Shown: positions 19,550 through 30,195 of the stretch, piece by piece
How positions within the stretch are numbered: position 1 is the stretch's first letter
Layout: the number at the start of each line of letters is the position of its first letter
Origin: Geopsychrobacteraceae bacterium
GTDB taxonomy: Bacteria > Desulfobacterota > Desulfuromonadia > Desulfuromonadales > Geopsychrobacteraceae
Assembly (NCBI GenBank): GCA_963662315.1
Contig: OY759353.1
Location: 4,128,001-4,192,000, forward strand
DNA length: 64,000 nt
Direction: 5' to 3'
The notes under the pieces: generated by a model
Told to the model about the DNA's origin: nothing
The model's input: only the letters and a program-made list of their open reading frames with translations
The model's database searches: none
Position numbers and translations under genes: made by a program

Positions 19550-20870
19550 CACTGCTGTCCGGTTAATAGCTGAATAAATCCAGCTGGTTACTATCAGGGA
19601 GATCTTGAATTTGCTTGAGAGCATCAGCAACCAGTGAAGAAATGGGCTTTTTCTCAAACAAATTGACCTCCAGGATCTGTAAAAAAGTGTAGAGCTCACA
19701 CGGGATTTTGAGCTTTTTCTTCGCAATAACAACCAGAAGGTAAATGCACAGCGCTACCCATATCTGGCTCTTTACGCCGTTGATCGATGTCCCGTAAAAC
19801 GATTTGATCCGCAGGTGCTGCTTAACCCATTTGAAAAACAGCTCTACCTGCCAGCGCTGCTTATAGACTTCGGCAACTGTAGCTGCTGAAATCGTAAAAT
19901 TGTTGGTCAAAAAGACCAGGTGTTTATTTCGATCTTTGTCAACATAACTGACCCGGCGGAACTTTTCCGGATAGTCCTTTTTCGATTTGGGAGTGACTAG
20001 GACAATCGTCTGGTCAGCTTTGATTCCGGCTGACTTGTCTTTGTCTGCGGAATAAAGTCGCCTGTAACGCAAATTGTCTTTTGCCCTGATGACGAAGAAA
20101 CCTCCTTGTTGATGCAGCGCATAGAGTCGCGAGAAGTCGGTATAGGCCTTGTCCATGGTGTAAATGGCATTCTCTGTTACCGGCAGAGAATCCAACATTC
20201 GGACATCATGTACTTTGCCTGTTGTGACGGCGACATAGGTCGGAATGGTTCCTCGCAGATCAAGCAGAGTATGCATTTTAACCGCGGACTTCGTCGTTTT
20301 GTATTCTGCCCATGGGAATAGAGACAGGCACAGATCAATGGTCGTTGAATCAAAAGCATACAGTGGCTGGCCAAGTTCAAGGGCAAATGGTTCGTCACAG
20401 TAAAGTTGCTGCGCCATGTGTATTAGAATATGGCCGAAGTCCTGAAAGATGCGCCAGTCCCTGCGCTCACTGGCATCTGCCAGAGTTGAGCGGGACACGG
20501 AACCGCGAAAGCCGATGTGGTAAAGCTTCTCTCGGTGAGAGTTCAAGCAGGTTTCGATATCTCGCAAGCTTTCACGGCTGGCCATTTGGGCATAAGCGAG
20601 GCACAGAAATTGATCGAATGTCGAAAACTTTCTGGCTCTGTAATCGCCCCGATAACGGTGAACGCACAAATTGAAATCGTGACGTGGCAGAAACTGCAGC
20701 AGTTGCCTGAAAACGGTTTGGCCTGAATTCATCGATACCTCCTGCGATAATGGATGGTATCTCCCCATATTCATGGGGCGAATTCAAATCGAAAACGGAA
20801 CAGTTATGTCAAAGAACAATTATTATCAGTAACTTACAGCACTATCCGACTTTTTAACCGGACAGTAGTG
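19550..20870 (-). mobile_element. IS4-family insertion sequence, 1321 bp, with 9-bp target-site duplication
   Basis: TIRs CACTGCTGTCCGGTTAA / TTAACCGGACAGTAGTG; ATCTGAAAT duplicated at 19541-19549 and 20871-20879. Confidence 0.93.
19563..20732 (-). CDS. IS4-family DDE transposase (DUF4372 N-terminus)
   Basis: FDSTTIDL, MDKAY and YKQRWQVELFFKWVKQ (YREK); AGGAGG RBS before MNSGQT. Confidence 0.93.
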   Translation of the reverse strand: MNSGQTVFRQLLQFLPRHDFNLCVHRYRGDYRARKFSTFDQFLCLAYAQMASRESLRDIETCLNSHREKLYHIGFRGSVSRSTLADASERRDWRIFQDFGHILIHMAQQLYCDEPFALELGQPLYAFDSTTIDLCLSLFPWAEYKTTKSAVKMHTLLDLRGTIPTYVAVTTGKVHDVRMLDSLPVTENAIYTMDKAYTDFSRLYALHQQGGFFVIRAKDNLRYRRLYSADKDKSAGIKADQTIVLVTPKSKKDYPEKFRRVSYVDKDRNKHLVFLTNNFTISAATVAEVYKQRWQVELFFKWVKQHLRIKSFYGTSINGVKSQIWVALCIYLLVVIAKKKLKIPCELYTFLQILEVNLFEKKPISSLVADALKQIQDLPDSNQLDLFSY

Positions 20871-21087
20871 ATCTGAAATCTGAAATTTCAAATTTGAGAT
20901 TGCTGTCGCGCAAGATTGCGCGACAGCTTGGCGGCTGGGCCTTTTCTTTACAGGAAACCGATATAAAAGGCACCCGTCACCTGACGGAAAAATCGAAGGA
21001 CTCATATCATCGGCAAAAGGACGCTGACAAGCTCCTGGCCGAGCTTGACCATAATTATCAACAGCAATTTCAGTCGTGGAAAAAACG

Positions 21088-21726
21088 ATGAGTTATCAAG
21101 AAGATGACTACATTATGCTGTCGGCCTTACAGCATTTTATCTATTGCCCAAGACAGTGTGCGCTGATTCATCTGGAACAGCAGTGGGTCGAAAACCGCTA
21201 CACGGCAGAGGGCAAAGTTCTGCATGAGCGGGCCGACAGCAGTAAAAACTCCCGGCAGGGGAGTATTCGTTATGTTCGCTCTTTGCCTATCTGTTCACAG
21301 CGGCTCGGTTTAAGTGGTCAGGCGGATGTTGTTGAATTTCATGATAACGGTACCGTCTTTCCCGTAGAGTATAAACGGGGCCGCCCAAAACAAGATCGTT
21401 GTGATGACGTTCAGTTATGCGCGCAGGCTCTTTGTCTGGAGGAGATGCTCAATATTGATATCGCTAAAGGTGCCCTGTTTTATGGTCAGAAAAAGCGCCG
21501 TAAAGAAATTGTATTTGACCATGAGTTACGGCAACTGACCAAGGATATCTGCCATGCCGTCCATACGCTGCTGGAAAAGGGAAAAACTCCCCCAGCGGTC
21601 TATTCCGCCAAATGTGACCAATGTTCTTTGCTGTCGATCTGTCTGCCGCATAATTGCGGGCAGCGGCAATCGGTTGAACACTATATGAAGCGTATGTTGG
21701 GAGGGATTCATGCGGAAGATGCTTAA
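21088..21726 (+). CDS. cas4: CRISPR-associated exonuclease Cas4
   Basis: YCPRQ, DVVE, PVEYKRG, QLCAQALCLEEM and C-terminal CxxCSLxxxC. Confidence 0.95.
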   Translation: MSYQEDDYIMLSALQHFIYCPRQCALIHLEQQWVENRYTAEGKVLHERADSSKNSRQGSIRYVRSLPICSQRLGLSGQADVVEFHDNGTVFPVEYKRGRPKQDRCDDVQLCAQALCLEEMLNIDIAKGALFYGQKKRRKEIVFDHELRQLTKDICHAVHTLLEKGKTPPAVYSAKCDQCSLLSICLPHNCGQRQSVEHYMKRMLGGIHAEDA

Positions 21727-22741
21727 TACGCTCTATGTAACAACACAAGGGGCCTATCTGCACAAAGAAGGAGAAACTGTTGCGGTTCAGGTCGAGCGCG
21801 AAACCCGGTTGCGTTTACCCATCCATACCCTCGGCTCGATTGTTTGCTTTGGCAATGTCTTGTGTAGCCCGTTTTTGTTGGGGCATTGTGCCGAAAACGA
21901 CGTTGCCGTCAGTTTTATGACCGAATACGGTCGTTTTCTGGCCCGAGTCCAGGGGCCGGTTTCCGGCAATGTTCTGCTGCGCCGTGAACAGTATCGACAA
22001 GCGGATTGTTTGAAGTCTTCGGCCTCACTGGCAAGGATGTTTGTTATTGGTAAAGTTAGCAATGCCAGAACAAGTTTGAACCGGGTGCTGCGTGATCATG
22101 CTGAGAAGACAGATGCCGAAGCCTTGTCCTTGGTTTGCCAACAGATTTCTCGCTATGGGCAACGGTTATTGCAGGAAGACGATCTTGATACAGTTCGTGG
22201 TATTGAAGGGCGGCTGGCCCGTGATTATTTTGATCATTTCAACAATCTGATTGTTGCCCAAAAGGATGATTTTGTATTCTCCGGTCGCAACCGGCGGCCG
22301 CCCTTAGACCCTATAAATTGTCTTCTTTCTTTTGCTTATGCACTCCTTTATCACGATGCCCGTAGTGCCCTTGAATCTGTTGGACTCGACCCCGCTGTTG
22401 GGTATTTGCACCGTGATCGTCCTGGGCGTTACGGACTGGCCCTTGATTTGATGGAAGAGTTTCGGCCAATGCTGGCAGACCGGTTGGTTCTGTCACTTAT
22501 CAACTTAGGGCAGGTAAAAAAGAAGGATTTTACTATCACAGAATCTGGTGCTGTCCGTATGGATGATGATACGCGCAAAACTCTTCTTGTTGCTTATCAG
22601 AAACGCAAACAGGAAGAGATTGACCATCCATTTCTGAATGAAAAAATACCGGTTGGTATGCTGGTATTTGCCCAGGCGCAACTGTTAAGCCGTTATCTAC
22701 GTGGTGACCTGGATGCCTACCCTCCTTTTTTATGGAGGTAA
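21710..22741 (+). CDS. cas1: Type I-C Cas1
   Basis: LNTLYVT, RGIEG, RRPPLDPIN, GYLH and DLMEEFRP. Confidence 0.96.
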   Translation: MRKMLNTLYVTTQGAYLHKEGETVAVQVERETRLRLPIHTLGSIVCFGNVLCSPFLLGHCAENDVAVSFMTEYGRFLARVQGPVSGNVLLRREQYRQADCLKSSASLARMFVIGKVSNARTSLNRVLRDHAEKTDAEALSLVCQQISRYGQRLLQEDDLDTVRGIEGRLARDYFDHFNNLIVAQKDDFVFSGRNRRPPLDPINCLLSFAYALLYHDARSALESVGLDPAVGYLHRDRPGRYGLALDLMEEFRPMLADRLVLSLINLGQVKKKDFTITESGAVRMDDDTRKTLLVAYQKRKQEEIDHPFLNEKIPVGMLVFAQAQLLSRYLRGDLDAYPPFLWR

Positions 22742-22744
22742 GCC

Positions 22745-23035
22745 ATGATGGTCCTTGTCAGTTACGATGTTGCAACTATGGATCGTGCTGGTGCCCGGCG
22801 TTTGCGCCGGGTCGCGAAGGTTTGCCAGAATCACGGTCAGAGGGTTCAATATTCAGTTTTTGAATGCTTGGTGGATCCGGCCCAATGGACCGTGATGCGC
22901 CAGCAGTTGGTTGAAATTATTGACGATGAGCAGGATAGCTTGAGGTTTTATTTTTTAGGAGCAAACTGGCGGAAAAGGGTGGAGCATGTTGGGGCTAAAG
23001 AATCTATCGACCAGGAAGGCCCTTTGATCATTTAG
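22745..23035 (+). CDS. cas2: Cas2
   Basis: VLVSYDV, RLRRVAK, GQRVQYSVFEC and DSLRFY. Confidence 0.96.
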   Translation: MMVLVSYDVATMDRAGARRLRRVAKVCQNHGQRVQYSVFECLVDPAQWTVMRQQLVEIIDDEQDSLRFYFLGANWRKRVEHVGAKESIDQEGPLII

Positions 23036-23209
23036 CGAACCCCAAGTGGTTGCTGTTTTCCCGGAGGGTTCGCGCATAAGGTAGATCTTTGAAAATAGAA
23101 TGAAAAGAGAACTGTGCTGTAATGACCAATGATATTTTGAACCAGAAATAAACTGGTTCGCAGAAATGAAAAGAAAAGAAATGCAGAATCATGCTGTTAG
23201 CAGCATGCA
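23036..23209 (+). promoter_or_regulatory. CRISPR leader
   Basis: AT-rich stretch between cas2 and first repeat, with GCGAACCC...GGGTTCGC palindrome. Confidence 0.75.
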
Positions 23210-26200
23210 GTCGCCCTCCCTGCGAGGGCGTGGATTGAAACACTAAAGAACGCCATTATTTGCCCCGTCTCGCTGTCGCCCTCCCTGCGAGGGCGTGGAT
23301 TGAAACACGAAACCTGCGCATCTTGTCTTTCTTCCGGAGCGTCGCCCTCCCTGCGAGGGCGTGGATTGAAACATTCATGGCAATTTGGTAGCCGGTGTTT
23401 TGCAAGCGTCGCCCTCCCTGCGAGGGCGTGGATTGAAACGTCTACCGACCTGGTCGCCCTCCCTGCGATTACGTCTACCGAGATTCCTAAGTCATGAACA
23501 CGCAGGGTCGCCCTCCCTGCGAGGGCGTGGATTGAAACGTCATCATCAACGGTTGCGAAGCGTTCCTCGCGGGTCGCCCTCCCTGCGAGGGCGTGGATTG
23601 AAACAATGGTAAGGGTTGCAACACCGGTGGCGATGCTGTGGTCGCCCTCCCTGCGAGGGCGTGGATTGAAACAAGTTCGGTACAGAACGCATCGTCAACA
23701 GCTTCGGTCGCCCTCCCTGCGAGGGCGTGGATTGAAACTCCTTTCCCAGCCATACTAACCGGGCAAAAAGCCGTCGCCCTCCCTGCGAGGGCGTGGATTG
23801 AAACAACCGGTGCTTGTGGCTTGGTGTGTCCGGTGCGCGTCGCCCTCCCTGCGAGGGCGTGGATTGAAACAATGTCATGACTAAAGACATTTCTGCAAAC
23901 GCCGTCGCCCTCCCTGCGAGGGCGTGGATTGAAACAGCTAGAAATGTGTTTTGTGAAGATCAACACTCAAGTCGCCCTCCCTGCGAGGGCGTGGATTGAA
24001 ACCTTTTTCAGGGAGTGTTAACCGTGGCGATTACGTGTCGCCCTCCCTGCGAGGGCGTGGATTGAAACAAGAGATATATAGCTATTTGTGTGGATATTCA
24101 CAGTCGCCCTCCCTGCGAGGGCGTGGATTGAAACTTTCTTCCGGGTCGGTAATCCCTGCCAGACTGATGTCGCCCTCCCTGCGAGGGCGTGGATTGAAAC
24201 TCAAAATCAAAAGAATTATAAAGAGCAAAAATATGTCGCCCTCCCTGCGAGGGCGTGGATTGAAACAAGCTTAACGAACCAAGGCCGGAAACTATATGTT
24301 GTCGCCCTCCCTGCGAGGGCGTGGATTGAAACCATTGATTTGTGCGGGAACGGTAGCGGAACAAAGGTCGCCCTCCCTGCGAGGGCGTGGATTGAAACTT
24401 AACTATTACGGTGGTGACAAAATGCGAGAATACAGTCGCCCTCCCTGCGAGGGCGTGGATTGAAACAAAACTAACAATTTAACATTAAGGGGTCTAATCA
24501 TGGTCGCCCTCCCTGCGAGGGCGTGGATTGAAACAGTAGAGGTGGTAGAGGATGATATGCCAGTGACAGTCGCCCTCCCTGCGAGGGCGTGGATTGAAAC
24601 AAAAAAATTAACGCCTGCCGAGCAGAACGCCTACGTCGCCCTCCCTGCGAGGGCGTGGATTGAAACAAAAAAATTAACGCCTGCCGAGCAGAACGCCTAC
24701 AGTCGCCCTCCCTGCGAGGGCGTGGATTGAAACCCTGATCCACCATCTACAACGAGAATTTTTGGCGTCGCCCTCCCTGCGAGGGCGTGGATTGAAACAA
24801 ATGATAAAGATGTGCGTTAATCTCTGGTATCGAAGTCGCCCTCCCTGCGAGGGCGTGGATTGAAACCAGATATTAACGAGTCCGTATAGAACCATAACCT
24901 GTCGCCCTCCCTGCGAGGGCGTGGATTGAAACTCTAACCTGTCGTAATCCGCTAACGCTTCCTCGACCGTCGCCCTCCCTGCGAGGGCGTGGATTGAAAC
25001 ATGGTCAAGCGCTGCCGCTTGAACCACCTACCTGGTCGCCCTCCCTGCGAGGGCGTGGATTGAAACATAAACACCGTCACGACTTCCGGCCTTAATCCTC
25101 GTCGCCCTCCCTGCGAGGGCGTGGATTGAAACGTCAATATAAAAACTCTTTTTTGGGGCCTTTGAGTCGCCCTCCCTGCGAGGGCGTGGATTGAAACATC
25201 TTGAAGGATTGAAAAGCGGTGAGGCTGCAAGTCGCCCTCCCTGCGAGGGCGTGGATTGAAACATGCTTGGCCTGAAGGGTTACGCTTGGGATCAGACGTC
25301 GCCCTCCCTGCGAGGGCGTGGATTGAAACTGTTTTATTGCTGCTAAAGATCTTGATATTGTCCGTCGCCCTCCCTGCGAGGGCGTGGATTGAAACTGGCC
25401 AACACGGAACTGACCGAACAAGAGAGAAGTCGCCCTCCCTGCGAGGGCGTGGATTGAAACGCAGAAGACGAATTCCGATTAAACAAGACGCCAAAGTCGC
25501 CCTCCCTGCGAGGGCGTGGATTGAAACTGATGCGTTCCGTGATGCCGACCATGAGGCGAAACGTCGCCCTCCCTGCGAGGGCGTGGATTGAAACTGGGAT
25601 GACTACCTTGTATACGCGGTTGAGCAGTGTCGCCCTCCCTGCGAGGGCGTGGATTGAAACACCATAGAGACGCAGCAATGGCTTTGTCTAAAGAAGTCGC
25701 CCTCCCTGCGAGGGCGTGGATTGAAACCCCTCGAAGAATGTGATTACTCCGCTTTCCCTCTGTCGCCCTCCCTGCGAGGGCGTGGATTGAAACTCAGGGT
25801 CCTTAATTCCCTCGTCGGCCCCCGACCCGTCGCCCTCCCTGCGAGGGCGTGGATTGAAACAAGGACAAGCCTTGAACGGGTCCCCAGTCGCTCGCCCGTC
25901 GCCCTCCCTGCGAGGGCGTGGATTGAAACACACATGCACTACCGACGGCCATTTAACGACGACGTCGCCCTCCCTGCGAGGGCGTGGATTGAAACGGGGT
26001 TGTGTCGTCCCAGATTGCGCCCGGTGCTAGTCGCCCTCCCTGCGAGGGCGTGGATTGAAACAGTGAAAGCAGTAAGCGTAATTTAAAGCGCACAGGTCGC
26101 CCTCCCTGCGAGGGCGTGGATTGAAACTGTTGTCTGGGTTGACAGCGGGCTTGATAGCTGCGTCGCCCTCCCTGCGAGGGCGTGGATTGAAACTCGTCCG

Positions 26201-26797
26201 TGTCGTCTCCGTCGGTTATAGCCACATCGTCGCCCTCCCTGCGAGGGCGTGGATTGAAACTGTCAGGTATGGGGTGACAAGAGCAAACCGATTTTCGTCG
26301 CCCTCCCTGCGAGGGCGTGGATTGAAACGCGCCTCATCAACAGACCGCACCACACCAGCGCAACGTCGCCCTCCCTGCGAGGGCGTGGATTGAAACATGG
26401 CGTTATCCTCGTAAAAATACCCGGTGGGTAGGTCGCCCTCCCTGCGAGGGCGTGGATTGAAACGATTACCGACCAGAAGGCCATGACCACCTCGCTGGTC
26501 GCCCTCCCTGCGAGGGCGTGGATTGAAACAGGTGGTACAGGTCTGGACGAAGGTCAGCGAACTGGTCGCCCTCCCTGCGAGGGCGTGGATTGAAACCTTG
26601 CGGAGTTCCGGAGTCATATCAATCTTGCCACCGTCGCCCTCCCTGCGAGGGCGTGGATTGAAACCACATCGCCCGTCAAGGCAACCGTACCGGTTTTGTC
26701 GCCCTCCCTGCGAGGGCGTGGATTGAAACTCGGTCAATCTTTTTTTGTTGATCGACCACTTAAGGTCGCCCTCCCTTTATGGGAGTATTTTAAAAAC
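23210..26797 (+). CRISPR. Type I-C CRISPR array, repeat GTCGCCCTCCCTGCGAGGGCGTGGATTGAAAC (32 bp)
   Basis: Hand count: 53 intact repeats, one internal half repeat (23453-23468) and a degenerate terminal repeat (26765-26797); spacers mostly 33-37 bp. Confidence 0.98.
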
Positions 26798-26843
26798 TCA
26801 GAAAAGATATTTTGGTGAGGGGGAAGTGCTTGTTGGCAAGGTC

Positions 26844-26893
26844 GCAATAAAAAAGGCTTGAGACCCATACCGGATCACAAGCCTTTTTATTGC
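26844..26893. terminator. Bidirectional terminator between CRISPR array and uraA
   Basis: GCAATAAAAAAGGCTTG...CAAGCCTTTTTATTGC. Confidence 0.75.
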
Positions 26894-26914
26894 ACTGCAC
26901 CTATTTCAGCTTAA

Positions 26915-28234
26915 TCAGTGCGGCCGCCCTTTGGGCAGGATCAGGTTGAGGATGACGCCAACTACGCCAGCCAGTCCGATACCGCCTAATTTGACAATAG
27001 CCAGGTCAAAGTTCATGCCGCCAATCCCGAACACCAGGATGATGGCGACAATGGCCAGGTTGCGTGCTTCCATGAGATCTGTCTGGGCTCTGACCAGGGT
27101 ATTGATACCAATAACTGAAATGGCACCAAACAAAAGAACCATAATTCCACCCATTACCGGAACTGGAATGGTATTCAGGAAACCGCCGAGTTTACCGACA
27201 AAGGCCAGGACAATGGCAGTGATCGACGCCCAGGTCATAATCGCCGGGTTGAAACTGCGGGTCAAGGCAACAGCACCGGATACTTCGGAATAGGTGGTAT
27301 TTGGTGGCCCGCCGAGCATGGCAGCGAGGCTGGTCGCAATACCGTCACCCAGCATGGTGTTCTTAATGCCCGGATCTTCGACGTAATCCTTACCGGCGAT
27401 ACTGCTGATGGCAAGGATATCGCCAAAGTGTTCGATAGCCGGTGCAATAGCGATGGGTAGAATATAGAAGATCGCTTCCAGGTTCCAGCTTGGGAAGGTA
27501 AAGTTTGGCATGGAGAACCAGGGGGCTTCAATCACTCTCTGAAAAGAAATCAGGTTGGGAGCGGTCCAGTTCTGTAGTGTGCCCGGATCAAAGACGGCCT
27601 GGGTTGAGGCGCTGAAGCCGCTCATATCGAGAATGATCGAGGTCAGGTAGCCGGCAGCGATACCGCTTAAAATCGGAATCAGTTTGAACATGCCACGACC
27701 GAGCAATGATACAAGGATGGTCACGATCAGGGCGACACCGGCAACAATGTAGGCGGTATTCTGCGGTACCAGCCAGGCGACCCCGTCACCGGTACGTCCC
27801 GAGGCCATGTGGATGGCGACCGGGGCCAGGTACAGGCCGATAACCATGATAACCGGCCCGGTGACCACGGGTGGCAGCAGGCGATGCAGGACTCCGGAAC
27901 CAAATACTCGAATAACCCCACTTAAAACTGCGTAAAACAGACCTGCTGCGACCAGTCCGCACAGGGTGCCGGGAACCCCCCACTGTTTGACGCCATAGAT
28001 AATCGGTGCAATAAAGGCAAAACTGGAGGCCAGGAATACCGGAACCCGGCCGCGGGTGATCAGCTGAAAAACCAGGGTGCCAAGGCCGGCGGTAAACAGG
28101 GCGACGTTGGCGTCAAGCCCGGTCAACAGCGGGACCAGAACCAGAGCACCAAAAGCAACGAACAGCATCTGGGCGCCAAGCAGACAGTCTTTCAGTCTGA
28201 AGTTGTAATCAGTTGGGGCAGGGGACTGATTCAT
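26915..28234 (-). CDS. uraA: Uracil permease (NCS2 family)
   Basis: QMLFVAFGALVLVP, FLASSFAF and GGPPNTTYSE; adjacent to upp. Confidence 0.9.
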   Translation of the reverse strand: MNQSPAPTDYNFRLKDCLLGAQMLFVAFGALVLVPLLTGLDANVALFTAGLGTLVFQLITRGRVPVFLASSFAFIAPIIYGVKQWGVPGTLCGLVAAGLFYAVLSGVIRVFGSGVLHRLLPPVVTGPVIMVIGLYLAPVAIHMASGRTGDGVAWLVPQNTAYIVAGVALIVTILVSLLGRGMFKLIPILSGIAAGYLTSIILDMSGFSASTQAVFDPGTLQNWTAPNLISFQRVIEAPWFSMPNFTFPSWNLEAIFYILPIAIAPAIEHFGDILAISSIAGKDYVEDPGIKNTMLGDGIATSLAAMLGGPPNTTYSEVSGAVALTRSFNPAIMTWASITAIVLAFVGKLGGFLNTIPVPVMGGIMVLLFGAISVIGINTLVRAQTDLMEARNLAIVAIILVFGIGGMNFDLAIVKLGGIGLAGVVGVILNLILPKGRPH

Positions 28235-28306
28235 TGAATCCTCTCCATGACTATAGTGGGTTTATTGGTGTGTAACGATAATCTGGTCAATTTTGGGACA
28301 GAATAC

Positions 28307-28933
28307 TTATTTGGTGCCAAAGATTTTATCCCCAGCATCACCAAGACCGGGCAGGATGTAACCTTGCTCGTTAAGGCGTTCATCTATCGACGCAACATAA
28401 ATATCGACATCGGGATGAGCGTCCTGAATACGTTTGAGGCCTTCCGGTACCGCAACCAGAAACAGTCCGCGAATGCTTTTGCAGCCGGCTTTTTTCAGCA
28501 TATCAATACAGGCATGCAGGGAGCCGCCGGTGGCCAGCATCGGATCCAGGATGAGGGCGGTACGGTCTTCCATGCTGCTGGTCAGTTTTTCAAAATAGGT
28601 CACTGGTTCGAGGGTTTCCTCGTTACGGTACAGGCCGACAACACTGACTTTAGCGCTGGGGATAAGATCCAGAACCCCATCCATCATGCCCAGTCCGGCC
28701 CGTAAAATAGGAACGACGGTAATTTTTTTACCCTTGATACGCTCAACTTCTACCGGTCCGCACCAGCCATTGATGGTCTCCGGCTCAGTTTCCAGATCTT
28801 TGGTCGCTTCGTAAGTCAACAGCCGGGCAACTTCCGAGGCAAGTTCCCGAAAGTCCTTGGTGCTGATGTCATTCTGGCGCATCAGGCCAAGTTTGTGCTT
28901 GATCAGGGGATGGTTCGCTTCAAAAACCGCCAT
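28307..28933 (-). CDS. upp: Uracil phosphoribosyltransferase
   Basis: [19 protein letters not shown] and [18 protein letters not shown]. Confidence 0.97.
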   Translation of the reverse strand: MAVFEANHPLIKHKLGLMRQNDISTKDFRELASEVARLLTYEATKDLETEPETINGWCGPVEVERIKGKKITVVPILRAGLGMMDGVLDLIPSAKVSVVGLYRNEETLEPVTYFEKLTSSMEDRTALILDPMLATGGSLHACIDMLKKAGCKSIRGLFLVAVPEGLKRIQDAHPDVDIYVASIDERLNEQGYILPGLGDAGDKIFGTK

Positions 28934-29206
28934 TGGTTATACTCCTTACTCTGGTTGGAAATAATAGACAACTTAACGGGGCAGAATAGAATCATCAGCG
29001 TGGCGTGGTCAAGAAAATAGGCGGATAAAATTTGCTCGAAGTGAAAGCTGCCGGGCATGATTATAAAAAGCTCCTTTCCTCGGGGAGTTGGATTGCGCTA
29101 TAGTGTACAGCTTTGTTTTGATTTGAATCTGCGCCCGGCTTAGACAGCGAACTGCTGGTTGACGGCTTATGATGAAATACCGATTTATCTGAAGGTTATT
29201 TAGAGA

Positions 29207-30142
29207 GTGGCAAAAAAGCGAAAACGTAAAAATACGAGAACTTATAAATTTTACCAGTCTCTGAAGTTCCGGGCTGAATATGCGTTGTTGCGTCTGGTCA
29301 GTATGATTGCCAGGATGTTACCTCGTGATACTGCTCTTAATCTGGGGGGCTGGTTGGGCGTTGCCGCCAGCAAAGTGATGACAGGACGTTATCAGCTCGC
29401 CCGTGAAAACATGATCAATGCCCTGCCGGAGTTGTCCCGGGATCAGATTGATCGGCATATCCAGGATAATTTTCGCCATTTTGGTAAAAACGCCGTTGAA
29501 ATGTTGCGTTTTCCATTGTTGACGCTGGATCAGGTCAGAAACACTTTTCAAATTCAGGGGCTGGAACATCTGCACGAAGCGTTGCGCCTGGATAAGGGCG
29601 TGATCCTGATGACGGGGCATCTGGGATTTTGGGAGGCCGGGTCTTATCTGCTCCCCGCCCTGGGAATCCCCTGTGATATTGTCGCCAAACCGATGAAGAA
29701 CCCTTTGGCTGATAGCTTCTTTGCCGGCATCCGTGAAAAGTACGGGGCTTCGATATTAAACAGCAAGAAGGGTGCGCGACGGATCCGGACCGCCCTTAAG
29801 TCCGGGCATGCTGTTGCGGTTTTGCTCGATCAGCATATTTCTCCACCTGGGTCGGTCGTGACGTGCTTTTTTAATCGTGACGCTTACACGACAAGCGCCA
29901 TCACCAGCATGGCGATGAAACATCAGATTCCCGTGGTGCCGCTGTTCTGTTTACGTAACCCGGACAACAGTTACCGCGGCTGGATTGAGCCGATGCTGCT
30001 GCTCGACGATGGTGGCCCGGATGCGGTTATACAGAACACCCAGAAGCTGACCAATATTATTGAAGCCGCGATCCGCCAGGATGTTTCACAATGGTTCTGG
30101 ATGCATAGGCGCTGGCGGGTCAAGAAAAGAAAGAATCAATAA
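29207..30142 (+). CDS. Lipid A biosynthesis acyltransferase (LpxL/HtrB family)
   Basis: GHLGFWE (HxxxxE), LLDQ and QWFWMHRRW. Confidence 0.88.
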   Translation: MAKKRKRKNTRTYKFYQSLKFRAEYALLRLVSMIARMLPRDTALNLGGWLGVAASKVMTGRYQLARENMINALPELSRDQIDRHIQDNFRHFGKNAVEMLRFPLLTLDQVRNTFQIQGLEHLHEALRLDKGVILMTGHLGFWEAGSYLLPALGIPCDIVAKPMKNPLADSFFAGIREKYGASILNSKKGARRIRTALKSGHAVAVLLDQHISPPGSVVTCFFNRDAYTTSAITSMAMKHQIPVVPLFCLRNPDNSYRGWIEPMLLLDDGGPDAVIQNTQKLTNIIEAAIRQDVSQWFWMHRRWRVKKRKNQ

Positions 30143-30195
30143 CGGCATTCGCATTGATTGAATGCCCTCAAAATATCTTTAAAGGAACGAAAGAA

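Larger units (their letters stand above)
19264..21091 (+). pseudogene. Four-helix-bundle protein (23S rRNA-IVS/Avd-like) gene interrupted by an IS4 element
   Basis: MKYENFEDVPVW...QIQRAALSVPNNIAEGFERG..FLYYAKGSAGEVRS; removing the IS and one TSD copy restores a 165-aa frame (..NHLKSEISNLRLLSRK..WKKR). Confidence 0.88.

Noticed and set aside
19264..21091. Diversity-generating retroelement (Avd-like gene)
   Set aside because: No reverse transcriptase and no TR/VR pair with adenine-specific mismatches in the window
23028..26737. Many ORFs with repeated VALPARAWIET / FQSTPSQGGR peptides
   Set aside because: Translations of CRISPR repeats
23242..26764. Self-targeting spacers
   Set aside because: No full-length spacer match to this window seen by eye; needs BLAST against the whole genome
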